This document shows, one piece after another, positions 26,505 through 37,602 of a DNA stretch of 64,000 bases. Every line of letters starts with the position of its first letter. Within the stretch, counting starts at the first letter, position 1. Source of the stretch: an uncultured Acidobacteriota bacterium (GTDB lineage Bacteria; Acidobacteriota; Thermoanaerobaculia; Gp7-AA8); NCBI GenBank assembly GCA_963822445.1, contig CAWGHO010000003.1, forward strand, positions 1,792,333 through 1,856,332. The letters are read 5' to 3'. A program made the translations under genes and the position numbers. A model generated the notes under the pieces. That model searched no databases. It was not told the origin of the DNA and saw nothing but the letters and a program-made list of their open reading frames with translations.

Positions 26505-28439
26505 TTGAATTCGACCGTCAAAACTGCACTCCTGTGGGTCGTGATCATCGTGCTGGTCTTCCTCCTCTGGAGCCTGTTCAACACGGCCAAGGGAGCGAGT
26601 GACCCCATTGAATACAGCACGTTTCGCGATCGCGTTACGCAGGGGCATGTAGAGAAGATCACCGTCCGCGGCGATGAAATCCGCGGCGAGACCAAGACCA
26701 CCGCACCCGGTGGGAAGAAGCAGTTCCACACCACCGGTCCCACCCCCCTTCCCGACGACTTTCACAACCTGCTCAACGACCAGAAAGTGGTCGTCACGTT
26801 CGAGCCGCAGCGCGATGCGCCGTTCGTCACCGCGCTCATCACCTGGGCCCCGTTCCTGTTCCTGATCGGCCTCTGGATCTTCTTCATGCGCCAGATGCAG
26901 GCCGGCGGCAACAAGGCCCTTTCCTTCGGCAAGTCGAAGGCGAAGCTCCTCTCCGGCAGCGCGAAGAAAGTCACGTTCAAGGACGTGGCCGGCGTCGACG
27001 AGGCCAAGGTCGAGCTGCACGAGATCATCGAGTTCCTCAAAGAGCCGCAGAAGTTCACCAAGCTCGGCGGCAAGATCCCCAAGGGCGTTCTGCTCATGGG
27101 TCCTCCGGGAACCGGCAAGACCCTTCTCGCCCGCGCAATCGCCGGCGAGGCCAACGTTCCCTTCTTCTCGATCTCCGGGTCGGACTTCGTGGAGATGTTC
27201 GTCGGCGTCGGAGCGTCTCGTGTCAGAGATCTGTTCGAGCAGGGCAAGAAGAACGCGCCCTGCATCATCTTCATCGATGAGATCGACGCCGTCGGCCGTC
27301 ACCGCGGCGCAGGCCTCGGCGGCGGACACGACGAGCGCGAGCAGACCCTCAACCAGCTCCTCGTGGAGATGGACGGCTTCGAATCGAATGACGGCGTGAT
27401 CCTCATCGCCGGCACGAACCGTCCCGACGTGCTCGACCCCGCCCTGCTTCGCCCGGGCCGCTTCGACCGTCGCGTGGTCGTCGATCTTCCCGATCTCAAG
27501 GGCCGCGAGGGCATCCTCCGCGTGCACACCCGCAACATCCCGCTGGCCGAGGATGTGGACATGGCTGTGATCGCGCGGGGCACGCCTGGATTCTCCGGGG
27601 CCGATCTCGCGAATCTCGTCAACGAGTCCGCGCTGAACGCCGCCCGTTACGACAAGAAGAAAGTCCAGATGGTCGACTTCGAGTACGCGAAGGACAAGGT
27701 CATCATGGGCGTCGAGCGGAAGTCGATGATGATGTCCGATCGCGAGAAGCGGAACACCGCGTATCACGAGTCCGGTCACACCATCGTCGCGGCCATGCTG
27801 CCGGCCGCCGATCCGCTGCACAAAGTCACGATCATTCCGCGCGGCCGCGCGCTGGGACTCACCCAGCAGCTGCCGGTCGAGGACAAGTACTCGTACTCGA
27901 AGAAGTACCTCGAGGCCATGCTGGCCGTGCTGATGGGCGGCCGCATCGCCGAAGAGGTGTTCCTCAACGAGATCACCACCGGCGCCGGAAACGACATCGA
28001 GCGCGCCACGGGCATGGCCCGCAAGATGGTCTGCGAGTGGGGCATGTCCGATCTCGGCCCCGTCACCTACGGCAAGAAAGAAGAAGCGATCTTCCTCGGC
28101 CGCGAGTTCGCGCAGCACCAGGACTTCTCCGAATCGACCGCGGTCGAGATCGACAAGGAAGTCCGCCGCATTCTCGACAAGGCCTACAAGGCCGCGCACG
28201 AGATCATCAGCGGCAACAAAGGCTCGCTCGATCGCATCGCGCGCAAGCTGCTCGAGCGCGAGACTCTCGAAGGCTGGGAAGTGAACCAGATCCTGACCGA
28301 AGAAACCGGAACGGATTACCTGAAGCTCAAGGAGTACTACCCCGAGCAAAGCCCCGGCGAGGCCATGACCATCGCGCCGGGATCGGGCCCGTCCACCGAC
28401 GTGACCACACCGGTGGTGCAACCCGATCGAACGACGTAG
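26505..28439 (+). CDS. ftsH: ATP-dependent zinc metalloprotease FtsH
   Basis: Walker A GPPGTGKT, Walker [18 protein letters not shown] (HESGHTIV). Start chosen at the TTG at 26505 (GGAGG 7 nt upstream, giving [11 protein letters not shown]); the ORF extends to the ATG at 26460. Confidence 0.9.
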   Translation: MNSTVKTALLWVVIIVLVFLLWSLFNTAKGASDPIEYSTFRDRVTQGHVEKITVRGDEIRGETKTTAPGGKKQFHTTGPTPLPDDFHNLLNDQKVVVTFEPQRDAPFVTALITWAPFLFLIGLWIFFMRQMQAGGNKALSFGKSKAKLLSGSAKKVTFKDVAGVDEAKVELHEIIEFLKEPQKFTKLGGKIPKGVLLMGPPGTGKTLLARAIAGEANVPFFSISGSDFVEMFVGVGASRVRDLFEQGKKNAPCIIFIDEIDAVGRHRGAGLGGGHDEREQTLNQLLVEMDGFESNDGVILIAGTNRPDVLDPALLRPGRFDRRVVVDLPDLKGREGILRVHTRNIPLAEDVDMAVIARGTPGFSGADLANLVNESALNAARYDKKKVQMVDFEYAKDKVIMGVERKSMMMSDREKRNTAYHESGHTIVAAMLPAADPLHKVTIIPRGRALGLTQQLPVEDKYSYSKKYLEAMLAVLMGGRIAEEVFLNEITTGAGNDIERATGMARKMVCEWGMSDLGPVTYGKKEEAIFLGREFAQHQDFSESTAVEIDKEVRRILDKAYKAAHEIISGNKGSLDRIARKLLERETLEGWEVNQILTEETGTDYLKLKEYYPEQSPGEAMTIAPGSGPSTDVTTPVVQPDRTT

Positions 28440-28456
28440 TCCACGATGACAACGAC

Positions 28457-28490
28457 GAAAAACGCCGGCCGCGAGGTCGGCGTTTTTCGT
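28457..28490 (+). terminator. rho-independent terminator after ftsH
   Basis: AAAAACGCCGGCC-gcgag-GTCGGCGTTTTTCG hairpin followed by a T-run. Confidence 0.55.
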
Positions 28491-28557
28491 TGGGGGCGCC
28501 GACCCCGTAACGGCGATTCGTAACCTCGTTAAGATGCGTACCTTCGGAGGTCAGCTC

Positions 28558-29409
28558 ATGTCCACAACGTTGCAGCTTGCCGGACGTCTGTCCGCGGTCG
28601 TGCAGACGCAGCATGAAGTCCTCGCGGCCATCACCGATCTGGAGAGAGTGATGGCGCTCGTCGTCGAGCGCACACCGGAGGTGACCAGCGGCGACGGCGC
28701 GGTCATCGAGATCGTGGAAGGAGACCAGCTCGTCTACCGCGCCGCGTCAGGCGCCGCGCGCGAACACGTCGGCCTGCGCCTCCCGTTCAAAGGCAGCCTC
28801 TCCGGCCTGGCCGTCACGGAGAAGTCGATCATGCAATGCGACGACGTCGAAGACGATCCGCGCGTCGATCGCGACGCCTGTCGCGCGATCGGAATCCGGT
28901 CGATGCTGATCGCCCCGCTGCTCGAAGGGGACGTCGCCGTCGGCGCGCTCAAGACCTTCTCCTCCCGGGCTCGCGCATTCGGCGATCTCGACGTGTATGC
29001 GCTGCAACTCCTCGCGGGAATGGCCTCGGGCGGTCTGACTCAGGCGCAAACGTTCCGCGCGCTCCAAACCTCCGACACCCGCTACCGAATGCTCTTCGAC
29101 CGCAACGTCGCCGGCGTGTTCCGCACCACGTTCGAAGGAGCCATCCTCGACTGCAACAACGCCCTGGTCCACTTCCTTGGATACGACTCGCGCGACGACC
29201 TGCTGGCCCACACGGCCTGGGACTTCTACCACGAGCGCTCCATGCGCGAAGAAGTTCTTCGCCTCGTGCAGGAGAATCGGATGATGCTCAACATCCGCAT
29301 CCCGATGAAGCGGAAAGACGGCACCTCGCTCCTGGCGCTGATGACAGCGAGTCTGGTCCCCGGCGAGCGTGACGAGCCGAACCTGCTGGGGACGATCGTG
29401 GAGGCCTGA
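28558..29409 (+). CDS. GAF + PAS domain protein (sensor module with no output domain)
   Basis: GAF-like N-terminal half, PAS-like C-terminal half; GGAGG RBS upstream of the ATG at 28558. Confidence 0.65.
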   Translation: MSTTLQLAGRLSAVVQTQHEVLAAITDLERVMALVVERTPEVTSGDGAVIEIVEGDQLVYRAASGAAREHVGLRLPFKGSLSGLAVTEKSIMQCDDVEDDPRVDRDACRAIGIRSMLIAPLLEGDVAVGALKTFSSRARAFGDLDVYALQLLAGMASGGLTQAQTFRALQTSDTRYRMLFDRNVAGVFRTTFEGAILDCNNALVHFLGYDSRDDLLAHTAWDFYHERSMREEVLRLVQENRMMLNIRIPMKRKDGTSLLALMTASLVPGERDEPNLLGTIVEA

Positions 29410-29457
29410 GGCCTCGGGTTCCTCACGTTTCGTTTCGGACGGACTTACGTTGAGCAC

Positions 29458-30900
29458 ATGCTCACGTTCGTTTTCGCCCTCGCCATCGCGGCCGAGCCGG
29501 CCATTCGATGGGAGCCGTTCCTGGTTCCCTTTCCCTCAGCGCTGCGGGCCCAACTCGGACGACTGACCGTCCCTCTGCGCCGCGCGCAACCCGACGCGGG
29601 CTCGGTGGATCTCGCGTTCGTTCGTCTTTCAACGGCAGGTGAGAAACGCGGCGCGCCGATCGTCTACCTCGCCGGCGGTCCCGGCACATCGGGGATCGCC
29701 GCGGCGCGCAATCCTTTTGCGATCGCGAACCTCACCCGCCTCGCCGAATCGGCCGACGTCATCCTGCTCGATCAGCGCGGCATCGGCCTCTCCACTCCCC
29801 GACCTGTCTGTGGACCGAGGACCGTCGAGCCGCAAGCGCGGTTCGCGTCGACGCCTGAGGTTCTGCCGCGCGTGGTCGCCGCCGCGCGCGCGTGCGCCGA
29901 GGAGTGGGCGGCGAAGGGCATCGACGTCACTGGATTCAACGTCGCCGAAAGCGCCGCCGATCTCGACGACCTCCGCAAAGCCCTCGGCGTCCCGAAGATC
30001 AGTCTCCTCGGCCACAGCTACGGAACCTACCTCGCGCTGACTGCCATCCGTGCGTACGGCGGCACGATCGAGCGCGCTGCGCTGATCGGCACCGCCGGAC
30101 CGAATCACATGCGCAAGCTTCCGCTCATGCTCGATGCGCAACTGGCGAAGCTGTCGATGCTCGCGAAGGACGATCCGTCGATCGGCAGCGAGGTGCCGGA
30201 CATGACCGTGCTTCTCCGCAGGGTTCTCGCGAAGCTCGAGCGCGAGCCGATGGCCGTGACCATCACCGATCGCGCGCGGAAGGAGAAGGTGCAGCTGCGC
30301 ATCGGACCGGATGCACTTCGCAGGATCCTCATTCTCGACATCGGCGATGGCAACGATTTCCCCTTCTTCCCTGCCCTGCTGCTCACGATCGAGCGCGGCG
30401 ATCCTTCGATCCTCGCCTGGTTCGTGGAGAAGCGGTTCAACCAGGCTGCCGGCACTGATCTGATGACCTACGGAATGCGTTGTTCGGCGGGCGCGAGTGC
30501 GAGCCGCGATCGCGAGATCGTTCTGCAGGCGCAGACCTCGATCCTGGGAAACGCGTTGAACACGCCGTATCCAGATGTCTGCGCGGCACTGCCGTCGATC
30601 GAAGGCGCCGACGCGCTACGCGCTCCGATCCACTCCGACCTCCCCGTGCTTTTCATCAGCGGCACGCTGGACAGCAACACGCCGCCGCATCAGGCCGAGG
30701 AGGTGCGCTGGGGGATGCCGCGTGCGATGCATCTCATCGTGCCGAATGCCGGCCACGAAGATCTCGAACCGAACGCGGAAGTGCAGGCCGTCATCGCCGA
30801 CTACTTCGCCGGCAAAGACGTTTCGGCGCGGCGTGTCGTGCTGCCGGTGCCCGATTTCAAGAGCGTCGAGGAAGCGAAGAAAGAGCGCCGCGTCGAATGA
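29458..30900 (+). CDS. alpha/beta hydrolase, S33 (proline iminopeptidase/tripeptidyl aminopeptidase-like) family
   Basis: GGPGTSG oxyanion region, nucleophile elbow GHSYGT, C-terminal His region. Confidence 0.7.
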   Translation: MLTFVFALAIAAEPAIRWEPFLVPFPSALRAQLGRLTVPLRRAQPDAGSVDLAFVRLSTAGEKRGAPIVYLAGGPGTSGIAAARNPFAIANLTRLAESADVILLDQRGIGLSTPRPVCGPRTVEPQARFASTPEVLPRVVAAARACAEEWAAKGIDVTGFNVAESAADLDDLRKALGVPKISLLGHSYGTYLALTAIRAYGGTIERAALIGTAGPNHMRKLPLMLDAQLAKLSMLAKDDPSIGSEVPDMTVLLRRVLAKLEREPMAVTITDRARKEKVQLRIGPDALRRILILDIGDGNDFPFFPALLLTIERGDPSILAWFVEKRFNQAAGTDLMTYGMRCSAGASASRDREIVLQAQTSILGNALNTPYPDVCAALPSIEGADALRAPIHSDLPVLFISGTLDSNTPPHQAEEVRWGMPRAMHLIVPNAGHEDLEPNAEVQAVIADYFAGKDVSARRVVLPVPDFKSVEEAKKERRVE

Positions 30901-30918
30901 CGCGGCGCTCACTCTCGA

Positions 30919-33444
30919 CTACTTGAGATGATGCAGGTTCGCCTGGACCGCGGCCAGCGCGTAATCGCCACGGGTGATGCCGGACTGGGGCTGGAACACC
31001 GCCTTGATCTTCGGCAACAGCGGGTTGGTGTTGTCGACGTAGAACGTCGCGTTGAGGATGCCGAGATCGAGGGCCAGCTGCACGTAGCCGCGGAGCTCGG
31101 GCCGGATCCGGTTCTCGTCGGAGAGCACGATGCGCGCGCCTTCGTACGGCGCTGTCACCGAGCCAGTGGTCTCCTCCGCTGTCTTCTGCAGGCCGAGCGC
31201 CTGGATGAGCGCATACGCGAGCTCCTGGCGCTCCATGTCGGCGTTCGGCTTGAACATGCCGCGGCTGCGGTCGACGAGCGAGACCGGCTTCGCATCGTGA
31301 TTGAGATCGAAGAGCAGCGTGCCGTTCGCGGTGACCATCTGCGCGAAGACTTCCGCGGCCGGGTTGTCGTTGGTCAGGTCCGCGAACAGCCGCCGGCCGA
31401 ACAGGTCCAGGCGTTGGCGGATGCCGAAACCGGAGACCAGATACTCGGCGGCGGCAATGCGATCGATCTTGCGGTCCGGACTGAACGTTCCGTTCGTCAA
31501 CGAATCGACGAGCCGGTTGCTGGCGGCAAACTCGATCACGCCGCGCATCGGGTGCGCGGCAATGTCGTTGAGTCCTGTGAAGCCTTGCGTGATGTAGGTC
31601 CGCACCGTGACGTTGGCGGTTCCCGGCCCGGCGATGCCGTTCGTCAGCTGCAGCGGATCCACCGCGACTCCCGATACTCCGCCGATGCCGCGCATGGTGA
31701 CGGTCCAGCGGCCCGGCTTGCCCGGCGCCGCCGCCGAGACGATCGGCGCGAGCACCGGCTGCGCGATCCCCGAGCCATACGACTTGCCGTCCGGATCGAT
31801 GAGCAGGACCGCGCAGGTACACGGGCTGCCCGTCGGCTGCGACCACCGCGCCGTCACCACCGCGACCTCGGGACCGATCTCAAACTCTGCGAATCCGGTC
31901 TGCCCGCGCGGCGCCGGCATGAACGCGATGCTGTAGGTATTGACCACCGGGCTTTCGACGACGGTGGCGTTCGCGTTGAAACCGCCGGGACGCGTGAGGT
32001 TGTTGGCGAGGCCGAAATCGGTGCGCCTGCCGAGAGCCATCGCCACGGCCGCCTCGACGTTCGCGTGACCGGCGCCGACTTCCCACGGCTCGTAGCCGGA
32101 CATGTTCGTCGCCGTCGCTTTGAGAATCGACTTCACTTCACGCCAGCCGAGGTTCGGGTTCGCTTCGAGGATGATGGCCACCAGGCCGGCCACGTGCGGC
32201 GCGGCCATCGAGGTGCCCGTCTTGATCGAGTAGAACGGAGCGAGCGTCGGGCCGAGGACTTCGAGATCGGTCTGGAAGCCGATGTTGCCGGTGGCGTCGG
32301 CGGTGGCGAGCGCGCGCGGCGCCGCGATGGACGTGCCCGGAGCGACGACCGTCGGACGATCCTCCACCGTGAACGTCTCGCTGCCGATCGTCACCTGATA
32401 GACGCCGCCTGAGATCTGACCGCGCGACGACGACGGCGCGAGCGTCCCCTTCTTCGTGCCGTTGCCCGCCAGGATGACCCACGGCGACTTCTTGTACGGG
32501 CCGGTGATCGTGTCCGGGCCGGAGCCGCTGTTGCCGGCGGAGAAGACGGTGATCACGCCGACGTCCGCGAGCAGCTTGGAGGCGATGACCGTCGGATCGT
32601 TGGGGTTGAACGGCTGGCCGATCGTGCTCGGACCGCCGAACGAATTGGTGATGATGCGGATGTTGTATCGCGCGTGGTTGGCGAGCGCGTAGTCGAACGC
32701 ACCTGCCGTGTTCAGGATGGAGATCGCCGCGCCGGAGCCGTAGCCGATGATGTGCGCTCCTCGCGCTGCTCCCGCGTAAACGCCGTTGGACATCGTTCCG
32801 AGACCGGCGGCGATGCCGGCGACGTGGGTTCCGTGCGAGCCGGCGACGTCGGTGTTGGGCACGTTCTCGATGTTGAGGAACGGCTCCAGCGTGCCGGCGT
32901 TGACCGGGCCGCCGGCGTGTCCGAGGACGTTCTGGACGACCTTCGTGCCGAAGAGGAGGTCGGGATGGGTACCGTCGACCCCGGAGTCATTGACGAGGAT
33001 GCCGATGCCGCGGCCTGTGAATGGGAGGCCGACCGCCGTCCGCAGCTGCTGGTTCGCGGCGAGCTGATCGACGGAGCTGAGCGTGCGCGCCTGCGACATC
33101 TCGTACTCGAGCCGGTCGTTGAGCCAGACCGAGCGCACGTCCGGCATCGCGGCGATAGCTTGCACCTGCGCGGGCGTGGCCAGCACGCCGGCCATCGGAA
33201 GTCTCTGAAAATAAAGGCCTCCCACGCCGATCGTGCGGAGTGCGTCGAGCTGGGCCGCGGTGACCGGTCCGCTGCCGTGGTAGGTGACGATGACCTCAAT
33301 GAGGTCGGCCGGCGCCGCCGATTGCAGCCGCTGGACGAGCGTCGGGCCGAGATCGGCCTTCGCCGTGGCGGAAAGCGCAGGCAAGAGGCTGAGAAGGACG
33401 AGGGCGATGAGGCCGGCACGAAGCCGCGAGGTTGAAGCTGCCAT
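30919..33444 (-). CDS. secreted subtilisin-like serine protease (S8) with C-terminal SLH-like domains
   Basis: Signal peptide; catalytic D (VNDSGVD), H (HGTHVAG), S (GTSMAAPHVAG); C-terminal repeats resembling S-layer-homology domains; AGGAGGA RBS. Confidence 0.85.
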   Translation of the reverse strand: MAASTSRLRAGLIALVLLSLLPALSATAKADLGPTLVQRLQSAAPADLIEVIVTYHGSGPVTAAQLDALRTIGVGGLYFQRLPMAGVLATPAQVQAIAAMPDVRSVWLNDRLEYEMSQARTLSSVDQLAANQQLRTAVGLPFTGRGIGILVNDSGVDGTHPDLLFGTKVVQNVLGHAGGPVNAGTLEPFLNIENVPNTDVAGSHGTHVAGIAAGLGTMSNGVYAGAARGAHIIGYGSGAAISILNTAGAFDYALANHARYNIRIITNSFGGPSTIGQPFNPNDPTVIASKLLADVGVITVFSAGNSGSGPDTITGPYKKSPWVILAGNGTKKGTLAPSSSRGQISGGVYQVTIGSETFTVEDRPTVVAPGTSIAAPRALATADATGNIGFQTDLEVLGPTLAPFYSIKTGTSMAAPHVAGLVAIILEANPNLGWREVKSILKATATNMSGYEPWEVGAGHANVEAAVAMALGRRTDFGLANNLTRPGGFNANATVVESPVVNTYSIAFMPAPRGQTGFAEFEIGPEVAVVTARWSQPTGSPCTCAVLLIDPDGKSYGSGIAQPVLAPIVSAAAPGKPGRWTVTMRGIGGVSGVAVDPLQLTNGIAGPGTANVTVRTYITQGFTGLNDIAAHPMRGVIEFAASNRLVDSLTNGTFSPDRKIDRIAAAEYLVSGFGIRQRLDLFGRRLFADLTNDNPAAEVFAQMVTANGTLLFDLNHDAKPVSLVDRSRGMFKPNADMERQELAYALIQALGLQKTAEETTGSVTAPYEGARIVLSDENRIRPELRGYVQLALDLGILNATFYVDNTNPLLPKIKAVFQPQSGITRGDYALAAVQANLHHLK

Positions 33445-33624
33445 TGGTGAACATCCTCCTGATTTGCTGAAGCGGGCACCACTTTCGTGGTAGTCGTAAT
33501 ACTACCATGATGCGTGCCAAGGCAGCTCAGCCGGTGATCCGCGTCACTGGCCGCCACACTCGCAGCCGAGCTGGCTCAGCGCGGCACCCGTCGTGCTCTA
33601 CGCAGGGCAGGAGGCCCGAAAATT

Positions 33625-34128
33625 ATGAGAAAAATCTTTCTGGCAGTGACATTGGTATTGATGACGGTGGTGGTGGTCGGTTGTGGCCGCGACGAGACGG
33701 CCGAGCCGCCGGCGACGACGACGACTGTCGAACAGGCCGGGACCAGCAGCCCCTCGGACGTCGCGCCGATCACGGCGCAGACCTGGCTGGATGACTTCAC
33801 CCTCGGCCACGAGCTCGCTCCGGACGGCACGATGGTCGCGGGCAAGGGCGGCGACGATTTCGCACCCGGCCAGCCGGTCAACCTGTCGATGGAAGTCGGC
33901 GACGCTCCCCCGAACTCGACCGTCAAGGTCGTCTGGTACGGCCCGAACGAGACCAAGATCGGCGAAGAGAACAAGCCGGTCGTGGCCGGTCAGAAGTACC
34001 TCGCCTTCACCTCAGCCGACACGAAGTCGTGGGCGAAAGGCGACTATCGCGCCGAGGTCTGGATCGGCGACGAGAAGGTCAACACGCAGCAGTTCCAGAT
34101 CGTCGACCCCGCCGGCGCCGGCAAATAA
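33625..34128 (+). CDS. lipoprotein of unknown function
   Basis: Lipobox LMTVVVVGCG; GGAGG RBS; followed by a strong terminator. Confidence 0.6.
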   Translation: MRKIFLAVTLVLMTVVVVGCGRDETAEPPATTTTVEQAGTSSPSDVAPITAQTWLDDFTLGHELAPDGTMVAGKGGDDFAPGQPVNLSMEVGDAPPNSTVKVVWYGPNETKIGEENKPVVAGQKYLAFTSADTKSWAKGDYRAEVWIGDEKVNTQQFQIVDPAGAGK

Positions 34129-34146
34129 CGAGCGCACCCGCAGTGA

Positions 34147-34180
34147 GGGGCTCCGCAAGCGCGGAGCCCCTCTTTTTTTT
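34147..34180 (+). terminator. rho-independent terminator (GGGGCTCCGC-aagc-GCGGAGCCCC-TTTTTTTT)
   Basis: Perfect 10-bp GC-rich stem, 4-nt loop, T8 run. Confidence 0.85.
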
Positions 34181-34185
34181 GCGAG

Positions 34186-37100
34186 TTACGGAGTGCAGGC
34201 CGCGGTCTCACCGACCAGGGCCGTGAACGGAGTGTTCGCGAGTCCGGAGACGGTGATGTTGTCGATCTCCCATCCCGGCGCGCCGGTGGAGTCGTCGGCG
34301 CCGACGCGGAAGCGGATCATCACGGTCTGGTTCGCGTAGGTAGTGCCGAGGTTGCGGGTCACGGTGGCGAAGTTCGGCCAGCCCACCATGCGGTTGACGA
34401 AGGCCGGGCGGCTCGCGCCGATCGGAGCGTTGGTGGCCGCGCTGGTCACGCCGTTGTACGAGCCGACGCCGATGTCGGTCCAGCTGGCGCCGCCGTTCGT
34501 GCTGAGCTCGATCACGCCGCCATCCCAGTTACCGGCCTCGAATGCGAAGCGATGCTGGAAGGTGATCACCAGCGGCCCGCTGCCGACCTGCATCGCCGGC
34601 GAGATCAGCGACTGCTGATCGGGCAGGCTCGGGTTGATGTCGTCGATCTGCCCGTTGTTGTCCGGTCCCCACCAGACGTGCTGCGTCGGCGTGATCGCAC
34701 GCCGCTGCCAGCGGTCGATGTTCGGCGCGGTAGTGGCGTTGCCGGCCACGGTCCAGCCGGGATTTCCGGCCTCGACCGACTCCGTCGCGGATGCCGCGGC
34801 CTGCTCGTCGTAATTCACGCGATGAGTCGAGACGATGTTCAGCGGACCGGGCAGACCGAGCTCCGGTGATGCGACGGACACCTTGAAATCAGCAGTCTCG
34901 AGTCCGGCGGCGCCGTTGACCGCGACGCGGATCGAACCGGTGCTGGTGCCGTTCTTCTGCACGGGCGGGAACGAGACCGTGTTGCCGTCGGGGAAGCTGA
35001 CGTTGGCGTTGGTCGAGGTGACGGTCAGCGTCACATGGTTCACGTTGTTCGGACCCTGGTTCATCAGCGTGACCGTCAGATTTCCGGTCTCGCCGTTGTC
35101 GATGACGCCGTCGGCGTCGCACGAGGCCACGTCATCCGCGAGCGTGGCGTCGACGAGCTCGAGCTGCGCCAGCTCCCAGATTCCGCGGCCGTACGTGGCG
35201 ATGCGGAGGAAGCCCCCGTCCGGCGGCATGTAGATGTCGTTGACGCGCACGGTCGGCAGGCCGTTGCCGTACGGCGACCAGTTCGCTCCCCCATCGGTCG
35301 TTCTGTAAATCCCGACGTGGGTCGCCGCGTAGATCGTGTTGCGCGACGCGTCGCGCGGGTCGAAGTAGACGCGCGTGACCGGCAGATCGGGAAGACCGTT
35401 CTGCATCGGCGTCCAGGTCGCGGTTGCCCAGCTCGCGCTCGGGCTGGCGATCGTCCCTTTGATAACGCGCACCGAGCCCGGTGCCTGCGCGACGGCGGTG
35501 ACCCAGAGATTCTGATTGTCCTGCCAGGTCAGGTTCGACACGAAGCCCTGATAGCCCGGGACCAGCGCGATCAGATTGACGTCCGTCCAGCTCGCGCCGT
35601 TGTTGGTGGTGATGTCGATGAAGCCGCCGCCGGCGCCGACGGCGATCCGGCCCAGATCGAGCGGGCTGACGCCGAGGTTGTAGGGGCTGGAGCGGAAGCG
35701 GCGCGTCGGCGGAAGGCCAGGCGAAACCGGCGGAGTGGCTGAGCCGAGCAACACAAAGCTCAAGCCGCCGTCGTTGGTCCGCCAGACGCGCGACGCGGTG
35801 AAGTGGAAGAACACCTTCCCCGTCGCATCGAGGCTCGCCTCGGGCGCAATGATCGCGGTGAAGAAGCCGGCGCCCGCGGTGTCAGTCAATCCGCCGCGAG
35901 AGACCCAGTTCTGAAAGACGTTCGGATTGCTGATCAGGCTCGTGCGGATGCCGGAGCCCTGCGAGCTGCCGAGGAGCGCGTTGGTGTTGGCCTGGCTGTG
36001 GGCGGTGCCCATGCCGTCGCCGCCGATCACCTGATCGTGGATGCCGCTGTTGTCGGTGCGCAGGCGCGTGCCGTTGTCCTGCGTGCCGCCGATGACCAGG
36101 TTCGGGAAGCCGGGGCTGCCGGCGACCGTGTAGTAGAGGTGCGAGACGAGCCCGTTGTTCTTGTCGCTGCTGAACGTCACCCCGTCATCGGTGCTGATGT
36201 TCAAGCCGCCGTCGTTGCCGAGGATGATCGTCGGCGTGCCGGTCGTCTTGAAGGCCGCGGCATGGTGATCGGCGTGCGCGTACGGAAGGGTCGGGAACTG
36301 GCTATACAGCCACCAGGTCTTGACCGACCAGCTCGTGCCGCCGTTCGTGGTCTGTGCGGTGGCGAGGTCGCCGCCGATCCAGACCGTGTTCCGCGCGGGG
36401 TCGCGCGGATCTACGAGGATCATCTGGTTGTACCAGCACTGGCCGTGGCAGATGTTCATGTTGGTCATGCCGGCGACCGGGTTGAGCGGCACTTTCGTCG
36501 AATTGACGCCGTTCGCGACCCAGGTCTGGCCGCCGTCCGCGGAGCGATAGACGTCGCGGAGCTGGGTGTCGTTCTGCACGTTCGCATAGGCGTACACGAC
36601 GCTGTCGCCGGGAAGCGCGACACCGAGCGTCGTCCGGCCGTTGGCCGAGAAAACGGTGCCGGCGTTCGAGATCGGCGCCCAGGTCGCGCCTTTGTCGGTA
36701 GAGAGATAAAGCGTCGTTGCCAATCCGCACTGCAGACCGTTGTTCACCGCGGGACACGGCTGCGCCGAGGCCAGCCATCCCGCGCTGGTGCGCACGATGT
36801 TCCAGACGGACATGCCGTTGAATGTGGCAACCGCCGAGTACGTGTCGCCTTCATTGGCCGAGCGATATAGACCGTCATTCGTCGCCACGAGGACGATGTC
36901 GCGGTTCGTGCTGGTGTCGACTTTCACGTCGCGAACGGCGATCGAGCTGCCCAGCTCGATCACGTCCGACCAGGTGTTGCCGCCGTTGGTCGACTTGACC
37001 ATCGAGCCGCCGACGAGGATCTGGTCGACGAAGTCGCCGAGGCCGAGGTAGAGCGTGTTGGGATTCTTTCCGAAGGCTACCGAGCCGCCGCCCGTCGTCG

Positions 37101-37602
37101 GCAGGTCGTCCGTCAGCGGGGTCCACTCCGTATTCGGCGAGCTCCAGTTGTTGGTGCGCCACAGGCCGCCGCCCGAGGTCAGGAAGTAGACCACTTCCGG
37201 ATTCGTCGGATGCGGCAGGACCGTGCGAGCGCGTCCGCTGTCGCGAACGTGACCGGTGAAGCTGCCGTTCTGCTCGAAGTTCGCGCCCATCGGTCCGATG
37301 TTCACCCACTTCGGTCCGGGTGCGTTCTTCTTCGCCGAGTGGTTCTTCCCTTCCTTCATCGCATTGCTGCGGAATTCGGGAGTCACGACGCCCCAGGCCG
37401 CGCGCTGCCATTCGAGCCGCGCCGTCGGGTTGTCCTGTTCGGGAAGGCTTGCTTTCGCTTCCGCGTCCGCTTCTTCGGTCAGCGCGACGTACGGAGTCTC
37501 GTCGACGGGGACGCTTTCCTGGGCGAGAGCCGGCAGCATCATCGCCAGCGAGACGACCAGGACGAGGGAAAGCCGTGGCCAGAGAAACTTCGTTTTCTTC
37601 AT
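34186..37602 (-). CDS. secreted BNR/Asp-box repeat (sialidase/sortilin-like beta-propeller) protein with C-terminal beta-sandwich domains
   Basis: Signal peptide MKKTKFLWPRLSLVLVVSLAMMLPALAQ with GGAGGA RBS; many SxDxGxTW Asp-box repeats (STDKGATW, SADGGQTW, TNGGTSW, STNGGASW, TTDGGANW). The ORF extends upstream to 37764. Confidence 0.75.
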   Translation of the reverse strand: MKKTKFLWPRLSLVLVVSLAMMLPALAQESVPVDETPYVALTEEADAEAKASLPEQDNPTARLEWQRAAWGVVTPEFRSNAMKEGKNHSAKKNAPGPKWVNIGPMGANFEQNGSFTGHVRDSGRARTVLPHPTNPEVVYFLTSGGGLWRTNNWSSPNTEWTPLTDDLPTTGGGSVAFGKNPNTLYLGLGDFVDQILVGGSMVKSTNGGNTWSDVIELGSSIAVRDVKVDTSTNRDIVLVATNDGLYRSANEGDTYSAVATFNGMSVWNIVRTSAGWLASAQPCPAVNNGLQCGLATTLYLSTDKGATWAPISNAGTVFSANGRTTLGVALPGDSVVYAYANVQNDTQLRDVYRSADGGQTWVANGVNSTKVPLNPVAGMTNMNICHGQCWYNQMILVDPRDPARNTVWIGGDLATAQTTNGGTSWSVKTWWLYSQFPTLPYAHADHHAAAFKTTGTPTIILGNDGGLNISTDDGVTFSSDKNNGLVSHLYYTVAGSPGFPNLVIGGTQDNGTRLRTDNSGIHDQVIGGDGMGTAHSQANTNALLGSSQGSGIRTSLISNPNVFQNWVSRGGLTDTAGAGFFTAIIAPEASLDATGKVFFHFTASRVWRTNDGGLSFVLLGSATPPVSPGLPPTRRFRSSPYNLGVSPLDLGRIAVGAGGGFIDITTNNGASWTDVNLIALVPGYQGFVSNLTWQDNQNLWVTAVAQAPGSVRVIKGTIASPSASWATATWTPMQNGLPDLPVTRVYFDPRDASRNTIYAATHVGIYRTTDGGANWSPYGNGLPTVRVNDIYMPPDGGFLRIATYGRGIWELAQLELVDATLADDVASCDADGVIDNGETGNLTVTLMNQGPNNVNHVTLTVTSTNANVSFPDGNTVSFPPVQKNGTSTGSIRVAVNGAAGLETADFKVSVASPELGLPGPLNIVSTHRVNYDEQAAASATESVEAGNPGWTVAGNATTAPNIDRWQRRAITPTQHVWWGPDNNGQIDDINPSLPDQQSLISPAMQVGSGPLVITFQHRFAFEAGNWDGGVIELSTNGGASWTDIGVGSYNGVTSAATNAPIGASRPAFVNRMVGWPNFATVTRNLGTTYANQTVMIRFRVGADDSTGAPGWEIDNITVSGLANTPFTALVGETAACTP

